This document shows, one piece after another, positions 14,682-25,616 of a stretch of 64,000 nt of DNA. A model generated the notes under the pieces. It did not search any database. It was given only the letters and a program-made list of their open reading frames with translations, and was not told the DNA's origin. Numbering within the stretch: the stretch's first letter is position 1; each line of letters starts with the position of its first letter. The stretch is from Coniocarpon cinnabarinum. Taxonomy: Eukaryota. The stretch spans positions 62,001-126,000 of the forward strand of contig JAVECO010000019.1 in the NCBI GenBank assembly GCA_051942205.1, in the 5' to 3' direction. Both the position numbers and the translations under genes were made by a program.

Positions 14682-15188
14682 ATGAAATCCAATGTCGTCC
14701 TCTTCGCTATTGCGCACAGTTCAGACGAGAAACTCCAGCAGCTGGAGAACGACCTCAAGAAACGAAACCTCTTCGACGGTAGACTGAGTTTTCAGCGCAC
14801 GCAAGTCACGCGTCAACTTCTTCTCGAAGTACCGCACGACGATTACGAGAAGCTCGACCAGAGTCACCCAGACGTCACCGCGATCGAAAAGAAACTGGAA
14901 CAGGACAAATTCCAAAAGGATTCCAAGACGATACACCCACGACGTGCCGAGTACGGACATTGGCACAAGCCTGAAAAAGGCGATGCAGGAACGACGAGCA
15001 GTCATGAAAGCAACGCAAAGACTTCAAACGACCATGAAAGCAGCGCAGAGACGGCGGGTAGTCAGCAAAGCGATTCGTTGACAGACGAAAATTATCCCTC
15101 GGATCGTGTGCAGAAGCGTGGCTTTAGAAAATTGCTAACAATTAGGGAATTGAACGAGGCGAGAGATGTGAAGTCGAAAAAAAAGTGA
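14682..15188 (+). CDS. Orphan small-protein family, copy D (intact, 168 aa)
   Basis: LFDGRL...LLLEVPHDDYEK...DVTAIEKKLEQDKFQK matches the LFxG...VPxxxY...DxxxIE...F-K pattern of copies A-C. A repeat with 30-bp period (catgaaagcarcgcaragac) lies at 15003 and 15033. Confidence 0.65.
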   Translation: MKSNVVLFAIAHSSDEKLQQLENDLKKRNLFDGRLSFQRTQVTRQLLLEVPHDDYEKLDQSHPDVTAIEKKLEQDKFQKDSKTIHPRRAEYGHWHKPEKGDAGTTSSHESNAKTSNDHESSAETAGSQQSDSLTDENYPSDRVQKRGFRKLLTIRELNEARDVKSKKK

Positions 15189-15383
15189 ATAGCATGCGGC
15201 GAAGAGGTCTCGCGAAGCAGTTTGTATGTATGCCATTGGTGCTGAAGCATACGAGCATCTTCCAGGTTATGACATTTTTTGACAATGCAAGCCATTTCTT
15301 GAAACCAGGATGGCCTTACTCAGAATCGCAAAAAAGATCTCGTCGGGCGCGTTGCAGCAATCTTGAACTATGCTATTGCCGCA

Positions 15384-15710
15384 TCACTCAGATCGTGGCG
15401 GCGGGTTCGTCCTTCCGTCCTTGACCCAATATTCATGCCGTAAACGTGTGTAGCTCATCTGTCTATGGATCCAATCCTGACCTAAAAATTCCGCCGCCTG
15501 ACGGTCCTTCTCCTCGTCATGGAAATCCTCCGGCAGCTGAAAATGCCAGACCTCGTTTTTGTCAGTCTCGCAATCTTTCAACTTTCCCTGTTGAGCGTAT
15601 ATGCTTTGAAGCTTGGTGTGAAAATAAAAAACCCAGTTCTGACGGCGAAAGACCTGGTCGACATTGGCAAAGTTTAGAGTGTACTTTGTTTTGTAAGTAG
15701 GCTCCGACAT
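15384..15710 (-). CDS. Orphan small-protein family, copy E (intact, 108 aa)
   Basis: LQSIYAQQGKL...VWHFQLPEDFHDEEKDRQAAEFL aligns with copies F and G. Confidence 0.7.
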   Translation of the reverse strand: MSEPTYKTKYTLNFANVDQVFRRQNWVFYFHTKLQSIYAQQGKLKDCETDKNEVWHFQLPEDFHDEEKDRQAAEFLGQDWIHRQMSYTRLRHEYWVKDGRTNPPPRSE

Positions 15711-17365
15711 GGTTTAATTGGATGAATAAAAAGTGAAATTAGCAGTGCTGAAGCGAAGAGAGAGCGCGTGGCAAAGCGGTTTTAAATCAGCATGACGCCA
15801 AAGGATTCAGAGCTTGAGACAGCTGTACGGCTTGGCTTTAAAATGAGATCTGACACGTAAACGAAGGATTGCGTGGAGCGAGCGTGATACCCAGAGATGC
15901 TTTCACATACGTTGCGATTTTGCATATACTGGCCGTAATCCGACACAAATTTCGGCGATAGTGCAGATCGCCAAAGTTTCTGTAGGCTCCTGAGTTGACA
16001 TAAAGGCTGTGCACGGAGGTGAACAGTCGGCAAATATCCCGTGGCGTCTAACGAAATGACGTCGAAGGATTGCGATGTGAACAGATGAGCATGTCTCTTT
16101 TAAGACAGCATGTCGCTACCAAGGGTCATGAAACACTTCGGCTTCCTACGGGTGATGAGTTCCGGATCTGCACGCCGCTTGTAATAGAGAAGGCTCTGCA
16201 GTCAACGTGGTCAACGATTTGGTTTGGTCAGCTTGTGGCTCAATAGCGCGCACCACCGAAACTGACAAGAGCAAGTCCCAAACCGATAAGCAAACATGAT
16301 GACCGAATTATTGACCACAATGTCTGCAATCGTCAAGGCAACGTTTACGAGCTTTCTATCAGTTATGAGTCAGCTACTGAGCTCTTACTATTAAAGTGAC
16401 AGCATGATTGTCTTCAACCCTGAGAGCATGTATTTGCTTTAGCGTCTGCCAGTGATCAAGCTCTGGATGTCGTTCTGCGCCGAGAGTGCTTCGCACTCAA
16501 AGTGTTTCTCCGGCATTGAAATCCAGTAGAAGCAAAGAAGGGTGGCAATCACCGTTCTCGTCAAACTTGTCATCTTTAAGACTGCGACGTTCAACGTATA
16601 GACCTTGGAGCTTAATGTGCAATCGTGTATCTGACCTGTACTTGTAGTATCAAGATCCAACTTCATGCGAGCTGAAAGTATGATGGGACTGTCAAGGAGG
16701 CTGGACATCTGTTCAGATATAGATGACTGCATCCTCCTCTAAAGCTGGACAGTACCACACATGTCCAGATGTAGCGTCCAAGCCTAGTGACAAATGCGGT
16801 GTGATCCATGGTCAGGTTACTATCGGATCGATTATGGATAATCGATCCGTTATCGATTTGGTTGCTGCCCTTCACGGTCATGTTATATTCCGTTATAACC
16901 CAGAGCATGATCCTTGGAGATAGGCCGCCAAAAGCCCACTGGTGCATATTGGTGACGCCGAGCAAACTCACTCTCTTTGGAAAAGCGCTATCGGTACTCA
17001 TCAGATTCGCAAGCAGCATAACTATATATACCGCCCCGAGGGACTTGTGCTCAGAGATCCCCGGTTCAGCTTGAAGGAAAACCGTCAGCCTCGACGCAAA
17101 AGGGACAGAAGACGTCACCTTTAGACAAAACAACTAGAGGGAAGTATTGATGTAGACGTGGGGCAGTCGAGGAGAGCGTAGAAGTATGCTTAAAAAGAGG
17201 CAGCGGCATGGACTTTAAGGTGATCAAAGTGGTCTAGACACCATAAGACAATAACGAATGTCCATAGTGGTTACACATCATGGGAGCGAGTCCGCAAGCT
17301 ACCTCCTCAACTGGGTTCCATCGCCCACTTTCCTCTCACTCAGCCTCTCAAGCTGGGTGGTTTGC

Positions 17366-17685
17366 CTAAGCGTCTGTGAGCCTCCACTCATACCTGTTCC
17401 TATGGATTTGGGGATATTTTTCAAACCCGTTGTCTTTGAGCATTTTCTCGGCTTCGTTGTCTTTTTCTGGATCACTATGATACTCCTCAGGAAGCTCGAA
17501 GTCCCAGACGTAAGTGGGGTCAACATGATCTGAGAACACGAGCTTGTTGTCGTAGATTCTTTGGAGCTCTTGCAAAACGTAAGTAACCAATTTCTCTCGC
17601 TTTTGCTTTGGCTCAAGGTTTGCCAAGTGCTGAGCTTTGTGTGGGAGGGTGGATGGCGTAGAGGTGCAGTTGCCTTTTCCACTAT
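17366..17685 (-). pseudogene. Orphan small-protein family, copy F (no in-frame ATG)
   Basis: LANLEPKQKREKLVTYVLQELQRIYDNKL...VWDFELPEEYHSDPEKDNEAEKMLKDNGF is clearly similar to copy E. The 5' end is disrupted, possibly by ATG->ATA near 17685 plus a frameshift; the start is uncertain. Confidence 0.65.
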
Positions 17686-18746
17686 TTTTTTAGCTGTGGG
17701 AAGAGGCGGGGAGGACTTGTAGTCTTTCTATCTCGATCGCGTTGCAAGTCTAGAGTGAGGGCTAGGCTAGAAGGTGCGCTATAAGGGTTTCAAATTCTCG
17801 GTAACCCATGGCAACGTGAGCCGCTTTATATGCACCATGTGCGTCGGCAATCACTCACGTGACATCAGGGCACGCAGCCGGAGACGTTCCAGTAACACTA
17901 CAGCGGGATCGCATTCGGAGGCTCAGGGCGTGCTGCGGGTCCATAGAGATTTTTTTCTTTGGAGAGACGTGGCGAGCTTACACTGGCCTGCCCAGGTCAT
18001 TCAAGGACGGAGAAAGTAAAACCGATGGCCCAGGTCAAGCATTTAGGTTGATTCCACGAAAGATGAACGATCGGCAATATGTCCGTTTGCGTTCACATAG
18101 GTGCAACGCGGGTTTGCGGGTCGGACGGAGAGATGCGTTTCACCATGAGACAATATGACCCTGCGATGCGATTGGCTAATCTCATTGCGCGTCGCACAAT
18201 GAGCCATCTGTGGGAAGCTACCGTTAGGATAACGATTTCCTGGAGTGGAAACGATAGGGCAATGCACATAGGCTGCTCAAGTGCCGATTATGCGTACTGC
18301 CAATGGTGTGCGTGAACACTTTATCCGCCACAGCGTTACGGCGTCTTTGTCAGCGGCGCGTGCACTCATAGCCCATCTACTCTATCCGCATACATACGAA
18401 TGAGTCTTCTGTTCACAGGCGATAGTGTTTAGGGCATTACCATTTGGCAGCACAACCGCTTTGTCATGTCGAAAAGTGTTGCGATGTGCCTGTGGCCAGG
18501 AAGCCGCGCGCAAGCTACCTCACAGGCACACGAAACCTGATGCCAGCAGGTTGGACACTCCTACTATCGGGCGGGACGGCCAGGAGGCGGTGCTCGCATG
18601 AGCGTATTCAACACACATACAGTAGCGATAGCAGAAGCTGCAACTATAGCACACATGATGAATATGCGCATCATATAAAACGTCATCCAGTTCTGTGCGC
18701 GTGGAAAGATCAACGCTGTTTTGCTTTTCCTTTGCTGGGCGACGGT

Positions 18747-19139
18747 CTAGCTTTGGACAGGCGGATCCTTGCTCCTATACTGGATCTTGAACCGCTTATC
18801 CGTTGTTGATCGCCAGTCATCCGCCTTGTTGAGTCCGCTCCGCGACAGAAAATCGACCGCTCGCTGATCCATTGTCGAATTGCTGAAACTCTGAGGGAGC
18901 AGAAAGAGCCAAACTGCCCCGCAATCGTTCTGTACGAGTTGGCCTTGTTCCTCTTTGTAGATCTCGTTGAAGGTTTCGCGGAGATACTCGAACCATGCGT
19001 AACGTCTATCACGGCCCTTTATGTTATAACGTACCACGCTCCATTTGATCTTGAACTGCTTGGATTTGACGTTTGATCCAGACAGTTTAGGTTCGTTATT
19101 GCATGCTGGAGCGCTTCTTGATTGCCACAAGAATCCCAT
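18747..19139 (-). CDS. Orphan small-protein family, copy G (intact, 130 aa)
   Basis: FEYLRETFNEIYKEEQGQL...VWLFLLPQSFSNSTMDQRAVDFLSRSGL aligns with copies E and F. TATAAAAA lies on the minus strand at about 19202-19209. Confidence 0.7.
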   Translation of the reverse strand: MGFLWQSRSAPACNNEPKLSGSNVKSKQFKIKWSVVRYNIKGRDRRYAWFEYLRETFNEIYKEEQGQLVQNDCGAVWLFLLPQSFSNSTMDQRAVDFLSRSGLNKADDWRSTTDKRFKIQYRSKDPPVQS

Positions 19140-20415
19140 TTTCTTTTGTGATTGTGTTGAAGTACTGCTGGGGAACAACTGACGAAGAGAGGAGGGCAAA
19201 GTTTTTATACTTTTATCACCGCCTGGTAGGCTGGTGACAGTAAGCCGTCAGATTCATGTCTCAAGGACAGATGTTCCAAGGAACGCTCATGACATCACAT
19301 GAACTTAGAAGCGAGCCGTTGTGCTACTCTCTGAGTCGCAGGTGATGTCACTTTTGTGGCGACTTTGCTTCGAGACGCCGAGGTCCCAAGTCTCGTTCAT
19401 GTAATGTTCAGGAATCCCAAGATCGCTGAACACTCCGCAAGCTTGTTGACCAATAATGTAGTTCTGCGTATACTCATGTGCGGTCTAGATAAGAACACCC
19501 AAGAAGGGACATCTGAGCTAAGGGCCGGAGGCATTGGTGGGGTGATCTTGAGTGAAGGTACGGTCTGACGTGGCGATCTGAACAAGTATGCGCAACATAG
19601 CAAAAGTAACAACGCACTAACGTCACGTATGGCGTTACCAATGGGGCTGCTTCCGATCTTAATGACCAGTGAATTAAGAACGGGGCAGCTGAGAATGATG
19701 AAAGACACTTGGCAGCTTCCAAATCCATTTACGCTCAGAGACAATAAGTACTTGTCAATCCGAGATGCCAGCTGTTATGTAGTGTTGATCGCAAATTGCT
19801 CCACTTATAGCTTGCTTTATTTTCATCTTTTTGGTCATACTTGCGACGACGAGGGCCGAAGGTGAGGGCAAGAAAGCCGATGTGAAGTGGAGACCGCATT
19901 TGTGCTTCTCTATCACACAATAGGACCCATTGAGAAATCTTCTCACGTAACGTTTTTATATTGGAAGTTTGCGTAGTTCGGACATGTCCTGCGTCATCCT
20001 TCTCAATGTACCAAGGCCCTCGGTAGTGGTCCAGGTAGAGAGCTATAGGGCTCAAAGTTTTGATCCCATTGGAAGAAGGGAAGAGCGAGTTGGAAAAAGC
20101 GAGAAGTTCATATGCAGCGGAGGAAGTCTGTAGATCAATTTTGGGAGGACATGTTTATAAAAGTCACGTGATTGCGCGTGCCTGTGATTTGGGAGTTGGT
20201 ACGAGAAATCGTGGCGCAAATGTCACAGCGCAAAGATTACTCTATTTCTTTATTTAGTCTTTGTCAACAATGAAATTCTTTACTGAATATTCGGCGTGTT
20301 TCCACTCGAGCATTTCGATTATGAAAGGTCGTCGACGAAAGCGTAGAGTGCGTTCAGAATAATCTCTTGTGGACTTATGCAACCCAACTTGGTCTCGATT
20401 GTCCTCTCTCACCCT

Positions 20416-23022
20416 CTAGTTGGCCTCCTTAAAGCACTCGCGTGTCCATCCAAACCACCTATTCATCCGTTTTCCGATCGACCTAAGCATCAAGTCCGAA
20501 ACCTCGTCGTCAGGATGAGGACGATGTATCACAATGCGACCTCCCTGGCTACTTCGTGCATCCTCGAAACTGACGGCTGACCCTGCACTCTCACTTATTT
20601 GAAAGCCTGCGTCCGCCATGGCAGCCACGATATCAAGCCATCTCGTCTTGCCTGACAGAAGACCATTTGTATCTGCACCCGGAAACATTCGCATGAAGAG
20701 CGCCATGGAATCCTGATGTACAATGATCGAGGGTGTCTGCGGCTCGTGAGTTTCCCGAGCCTTTGATTCGACAATGGGCTCGTGAACAGCGCTCTGTGTA
20801 GGCCTTGTCTTCGGTTTCTCGCGCGGCTGGGTCAACACGGACCGGCGTCGGACGTCTTCCACGTTGTCTCCCCATTGGTTTTGTAGTGGCTCACTATTTG
20901 CCTCCTGCGCCGCCAATTTCGCATGACGACGGCGAGCCTTCGAATTAAGCTGTTGATCAGCAAGCTGGTCATATCGATCTTGTTCGTACTCTAACTGCTG
21001 ACGATGTTCCGCAGAGCCTGCGTGCTTGTACAACTCCAGTGCCACTGCTCTGTCGCTCTCAGTGTAATGAGATAGGACCTCCCCATCTTCTTGTACGCAC
21101 ACGAGCGCTAGCTCCCAGATAGCCATCAGTTTCTCACGAGCTTTGATGATTGCGGCGAAGTATTCTTTGCTTCGACCTCTACTTGGAATGTTAATTCGAT
21201 CAAATTCATCAAACAGATTCTTGAATCTGGCCGCGTGTTTCACATCTACTACCGGTGGCTCAAGGTGTTTTGCGCGCCACCACAGTCGCGTCATCTCAGT
21301 TTGGCTTAGACTGCCCACGTTGAAGACTGATCTGTCGGGTTGCGGTTTGCTGAAACGCAGGCATGACAGCATCTCCTCCACGGCGGCCATCTGGGAGATA
21401 TGAATTGCGGTCCTGCTGCCGAACCTTGCTCTGTCTTTGGGTTTCGCGTTTTTGAGGCAATGGTCAAGAAATGCTTGAAGATAGGCGTGGTCGTTGGAGG
21501 ATGGATCGTCAGGATCACGCGTTAGGTGTCCAATACACCAACACATAGGATCAGTCTGGAGGAGAGCCGCACCGTCACCATCGTCATGCATAGATGAACG
21601 CCGAAAGGCAAATCGAGTAACGCCATCCCGCGATGTGTAGGCCTCAAGATGCTTCTGAAACGTCGTGTCGGTGTACATGATCGCCCAAAGTACACCACGG
21701 AGGTCGTCATAGTTCGTCTTCAACATTGATTCCAGCACACAGAGAGCTCTCTCATATTTGCGGGGCAAGGGCATGGAAGGGTGAATGTTGTCTCTTAGAC
21801 GATCGTAAATGTCTTGAACATGCTGCCATTCTTCTGCAATGCATCGCCAACGTCGAGCACGGACTAATGGATCGTAGAGCAACTGCGCAACCAGCTCGTC
21901 TTGACGTTGATTGCTTCCCATAGTGGCAAACGTGGTCAATTTCCTGAGTTGCCGAAGAATACCCTGGGCGAAAACTGGATCGGTCTGAAGTAACCAACAA
22001 GCGTCTTGAGCTTCCCTTTCATGACTCCTTGCCAACTCAATGAAAAAGGAGGGTTTGATAGAGGGAGGCGCCAAAAAGGCTCGTTCAGTATATGTATTCA
22101 AACCGCCCTTTTCAGTGTCAAGCACACAGCCGTTTTGCACGAACATGTGCCAGGATCTTGTTGGGGCCATATCCAAGTCCCCACGATCGAGAATCACCGA
22201 CACGATTTTTCTTAGCGTCTCATAGATGAAGTCTTGAGCTTTCAGTAACAACTTAGCGCGAGGGAATCCGATAATTTTCCATCTATGCGCTTCGTGTTTG
22301 TTGAAGGGGACAGCTTTGCCGTATCGTAGAGTAGACGACATGTCGATACAGGAAATATCTTCAGCAAAGTCCACTGGCAATGCATGCATCTTGAAACCTC
22401 TTCGTTGCAACCGCGCGTCCAGAAGAGCGAAGTCCCGAAAGTCGTGGGCAGTCCTGTGGTGCAGAAGACTTAGAAAGCGCCGGGGATCATCGATGAGGCT
22501 CTCCATGTTAAGAAAGGGAACTAGGAAAGTATTATGATGATTTCTTCGTGCCGACCGCCAGTGCACTGCTGGACAGGATAAAGAAATTTCAGGAAAGGAC
22601 TTGAAGTGCAAGGATGGCACAGCTTGCTTGAGAACACCATGTCTTAGGCTTTTGCTCCGTTTCCATTGCTCGAGAACGATCCCACCATGATTCTTGATAG
22701 CTTCTCTCAACCAGGCGATGTTTTCTGCGATTCGTTCTGTATGAGATGATAATGAACGCTGGGCGGCACTCTCATCATTGTATATATACCGATACATTTC
22801 AGGTAACAAGGGTGGATTCGAAACGTAACGCCATTGCTGCGAGCAAACATTGCAACCTTCTTCATCGCAAGGAGGCTGAGGAGAGCGTTCGAAATGGTCA
22901 ACTATAGTCCTGTTGATAGATATTGTTCTCTCCGAAAACAACTTGTTCGGGTCGTCCACTATCCCACACATCTCCATTATAGCTTCCAGATGGTTATAAC
23001 GTGGGGCATATCGAGTCTCCAT
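20416..23022 (-). CDS. Large hypothetical protein (~868 aa) with C-terminal HicA-like domain
   Basis: Intronless long ORF; first ATG at 23022. C-terminus RWLDIVAAMADAGFQISESAGSAVSFED...RIVIHRPHPDDEVSDLMLRSIGKRMNRWFGW resembles the HicA alpha-beta-beta-beta-alpha pattern with the HRPHP motif. Confidence 0.8.
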   Translation of the reverse strand: METRYAPRYNHLEAIMEMCGIVDDPNKLFSERTISINRTIVDHFERSPQPPCDEEGCNVCSQQWRYVSNPPLLPEMYRYIYNDESAAQRSLSSHTERIAENIAWLREAIKNHGGIVLEQWKRSKSLRHGVLKQAVPSLHFKSFPEISLSCPAVHWRSARRNHHNTFLVPFLNMESLIDDPRRFLSLLHHRTAHDFRDFALLDARLQRRGFKMHALPVDFAEDISCIDMSSTLRYGKAVPFNKHEAHRWKIIGFPRAKLLLKAQDFIYETLRKIVSVILDRGDLDMAPTRSWHMFVQNGCVLDTEKGGLNTYTERAFLAPPSIKPSFFIELARSHEREAQDACWLLQTDPVFAQGILRQLRKLTTFATMGSNQRQDELVAQLLYDPLVRARRWRCIAEEWQHVQDIYDRLRDNIHPSMPLPRKYERALCVLESMLKTNYDDLRGVLWAIMYTDTTFQKHLEAYTSRDGVTRFAFRRSSMHDDGDGAALLQTDPMCWCIGHLTRDPDDPSSNDHAYLQAFLDHCLKNAKPKDRARFGSRTAIHISQMAAVEEMLSCLRFSKPQPDRSVFNVGSLSQTEMTRLWWRAKHLEPPVVDVKHAARFKNLFDEFDRINIPSRGRSKEYFAAIIKAREKLMAIWELALVCVQEDGEVLSHYTESDRAVALELYKHAGSAEHRQQLEYEQDRYDQLADQQLNSKARRRHAKLAAQEANSEPLQNQWGDNVEDVRRRSVLTQPREKPKTRPTQSAVHEPIVESKARETHEPQTPSIIVHQDSMALFMRMFPGADTNGLLSGKTRWLDIVAAMADAGFQISESAGSAVSFEDARSSQGGRIVIHRPHPDDEVSDLMLRSIGKRMNRWFGWTRECFKEAN

Positions 23023-23898
23023 GATCTGTGACGACTGATGAGTAACAAAACAGCCAAATATAGCTGAGAGCAATCCGTGCCTTGTTTTAGTGAGCTGAAA
23101 AGATGGTTTGGATCATGAGGCAGCGACCTTTCTAATATTTTGTGGGGTGTAGAGCTTGGGTGCCTGCTCGGAGAGCGACATCTTTCACGTGAAGAACCAG
23201 ATTAACAGTGCCCATGCCACGTGACGCCATCAATCGGCTATTGGCGGCAGAAGGGTCTCGTAGGATAGTACTCGCTGCATGTTAATTCGGCATTCTGTGA
23301 GTTGCAGACCGCTTTCGCCGCTGGGCTTATAGCTTTGTGAGCCGAATTCCTCTCATCGTACAGGCTCGTCGCCTACTCTGAGATCCCGCAACGACTTTGG
23401 TCCCTGACCCTTACGGGCGCCTCGCCTCCGCAGTGTGGTCACTGCTTCGGTCGTCAATAGTTTGGTTGTGCCAAATCCTTACGATATCAATTTGATTCTT
23501 GCTCTTATCAGTTGTAGCAGCGTGTGCTAACAAACCCGTAACCGAGCCAAGCCGAGCCATTGACCACTCTACGCTTACGAAATGACAGTAGCTTTGCTTT
23601 TCTAATGGGGCAATAAAAATAATGCTCGCACCTTGATTGGGGCCAATAAATGGCTTGAGAGAAGAGAGGGTAGGTGTCCAGGCACTGTTTCCTGTCTAGA
23701 GTGCTTCAGCATAAATGCTAAGCTATTGCACCAAGAACTCAACACTTCGGAAAGACTCTTAGATCGTCGATGAACATTTCCTACAATTTGTCGCTGCTAG
23801 ACTGCTCATAGAACTCCGAGAACTTCATGGTAAACTAGTCTCTGTTACAAGACCACTGAGCGCTCCCCGTGTCAAGCTCACAAATAGGCGTCCGAAAA

Positions 23899-25288
23899 CT
23901 ACGTAGACTCCTGCTGGCATCGGATAACCTTCACGACCGGATGCATTGTCGAGCGACGAGCGATCCGAGCAGCAGCCCGAGCAATGGGATTGTCAAGCGC
24001 CTCGTCAAGCGTTGCGACAGTCTTGACGCCGTCGAAGTTTCCCTTGAGTTCGGACGGTGTCTCCTCATCACCAAGGGCGAAGAAATGGCCTTCGTACTCA
24101 TCCGATGTGGGGCCGATATCGGGTGCATGGCTCCCAGTAATGCCCTTTAGCAGCGGAGCATTGATCATGGTGATCGAAATGCTGATGCCGCGTTCGATGT
24201 CCCAATCCAATAGTCTGTAAGGGTCCTTTTCGATATTTTGTTTGATCAATCCTCCCGCACCGATGCTCATGTCTGACGGCCCACCGCCACCACCGCGAAG
24301 TCTGAGAGCCAGATGGCAAATCTGAAATGCGCGTAAGTATTCACAATGTCGAAATAAGATAGCAGCTTTACCTACATCTTTGTCTCGTATGTTACAGTCA
24401 ATTACTTGAGACTCGTCAGCTGCATTCATGGCGTTCTGAAAAAGGTAGCTCACAAAGACGATGGTCCTCGAGCTGCTTCCCGCCAAAGATGAGGCGCTGT
24501 TGATCAATCGGGTGGCCTTCTTTGAGCAGTATGCGTCTCTTGAGGCTTTCAACATTGTCCTCAGCTAGGACACCAATAGAAATAGTTTTGCCGGTCAAGG
24601 TTTTGACAAACACGACCTTTGTTGAATCTTCAAAAGAAATCACATCCGGCTTGAGGGGTGCAACTTCAAGACGAAACCCACCCAAGTCAAGCCCAGTCAT
24701 CTGGGCATCAACGGCGTAGCCACAGCCTCGTGGTACGGCTACAAATTGACGGACTTGGCCATTCTCGGTGGCAAACCCATCAATCCACTGTTGGTCGGGT
24801 ACAACGATGTAGTCTTGATGGAATTCAGCCTTGCGAATTGTTGACGACTTTGATGATGCTGCACTGTTTTCCTCCAGCGAGGGATCCTTTTCGCCAGACA
24901 CGGCGTTGACAGCCCCAGTAAAAACACGGATCATGAACGGCGCAGTAGCGCTAAAACTGATCCAGAGTGCCTCACGAACTATATCATCTTCAGCCACCAG
25001 AAGCCCAGAGATGAAGCAACTGAACTCACTATGGATCGGCATCAACACGGACCTGCCAGACAGCTCATCAGGCAATCCTGTGAGATTGTCTACGTTAAAG
25101 AGAGGGAGATTGCCGAGGTCTGGAGGGAGGTAGTTGCTCTGATCAGGGTTGTCTTCGACTTTGACAGTGCGTTTGAACTTTATCTTCACATGATCTGTAC
25201 CATCGCCAACGTTGACAAGCAGGGATTCCGAGCTTCCATCATCGGTAAGTCTCCCAAGGGAAGCGTGTAGGTGGCTGCCAACTGCCAT
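23899..25288 (-). CDS. Fungal protein with an internal ubiquitin-like domain
   Basis: N-terminal motifs [10 protein letters not shown]...[40 protein letters not shown] and [10 protein letters not shown]. Then [11 protein letters not shown]...[20 protein letters not shown].../[11 protein letters not shown], followed by [16 protein letters not shown]. Three introns, including a ~29-nt microexon. Confidence 0.85.
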
Positions 25289-25616
25289 TTCCGAGTTGTG
25301 AGCTGAAGTTGTAGGCTTGGAGACGGCAGAGTGAACGGATAGTGAGGAAGAAGTGCACGTGTTCAGCCAGATATCAAAGTAGATCACGTGCCTAGGCAAA
25401 CGGCAAGCCACACTTTCCTCTTGCCTTCACGAGATCCTTCTACGAGGGCCAAGTGAAGGAGCACTTGCCGCATGTTAGTTCAGCAACTTATGAGGCACAG
25501 GTGGCTCCCGCTATCGTGTCCCTAGGTAATTTGCCTGTTGTACAGGCTCTCCGTCTAGAGTGATGATCCGGAGACGACTTTTGTCCATTACCCTCGCCGA
25601 CGGTGCAACATTTTGA

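Noticed and set aside
16439..17133. Several overlapping ORFs inside the array, including a + frame continuing across a TAG at 16921
   Set aside because: None contains the family motifs and I cannot tell which strand, if any, is coding.
19356..20055. ORFs with GQLRMMKDTWQLP as a possible eighth array copy
   Set aside because: Spacing and flanking residues do not fit the IY...VWxFxLP...D..A pattern.
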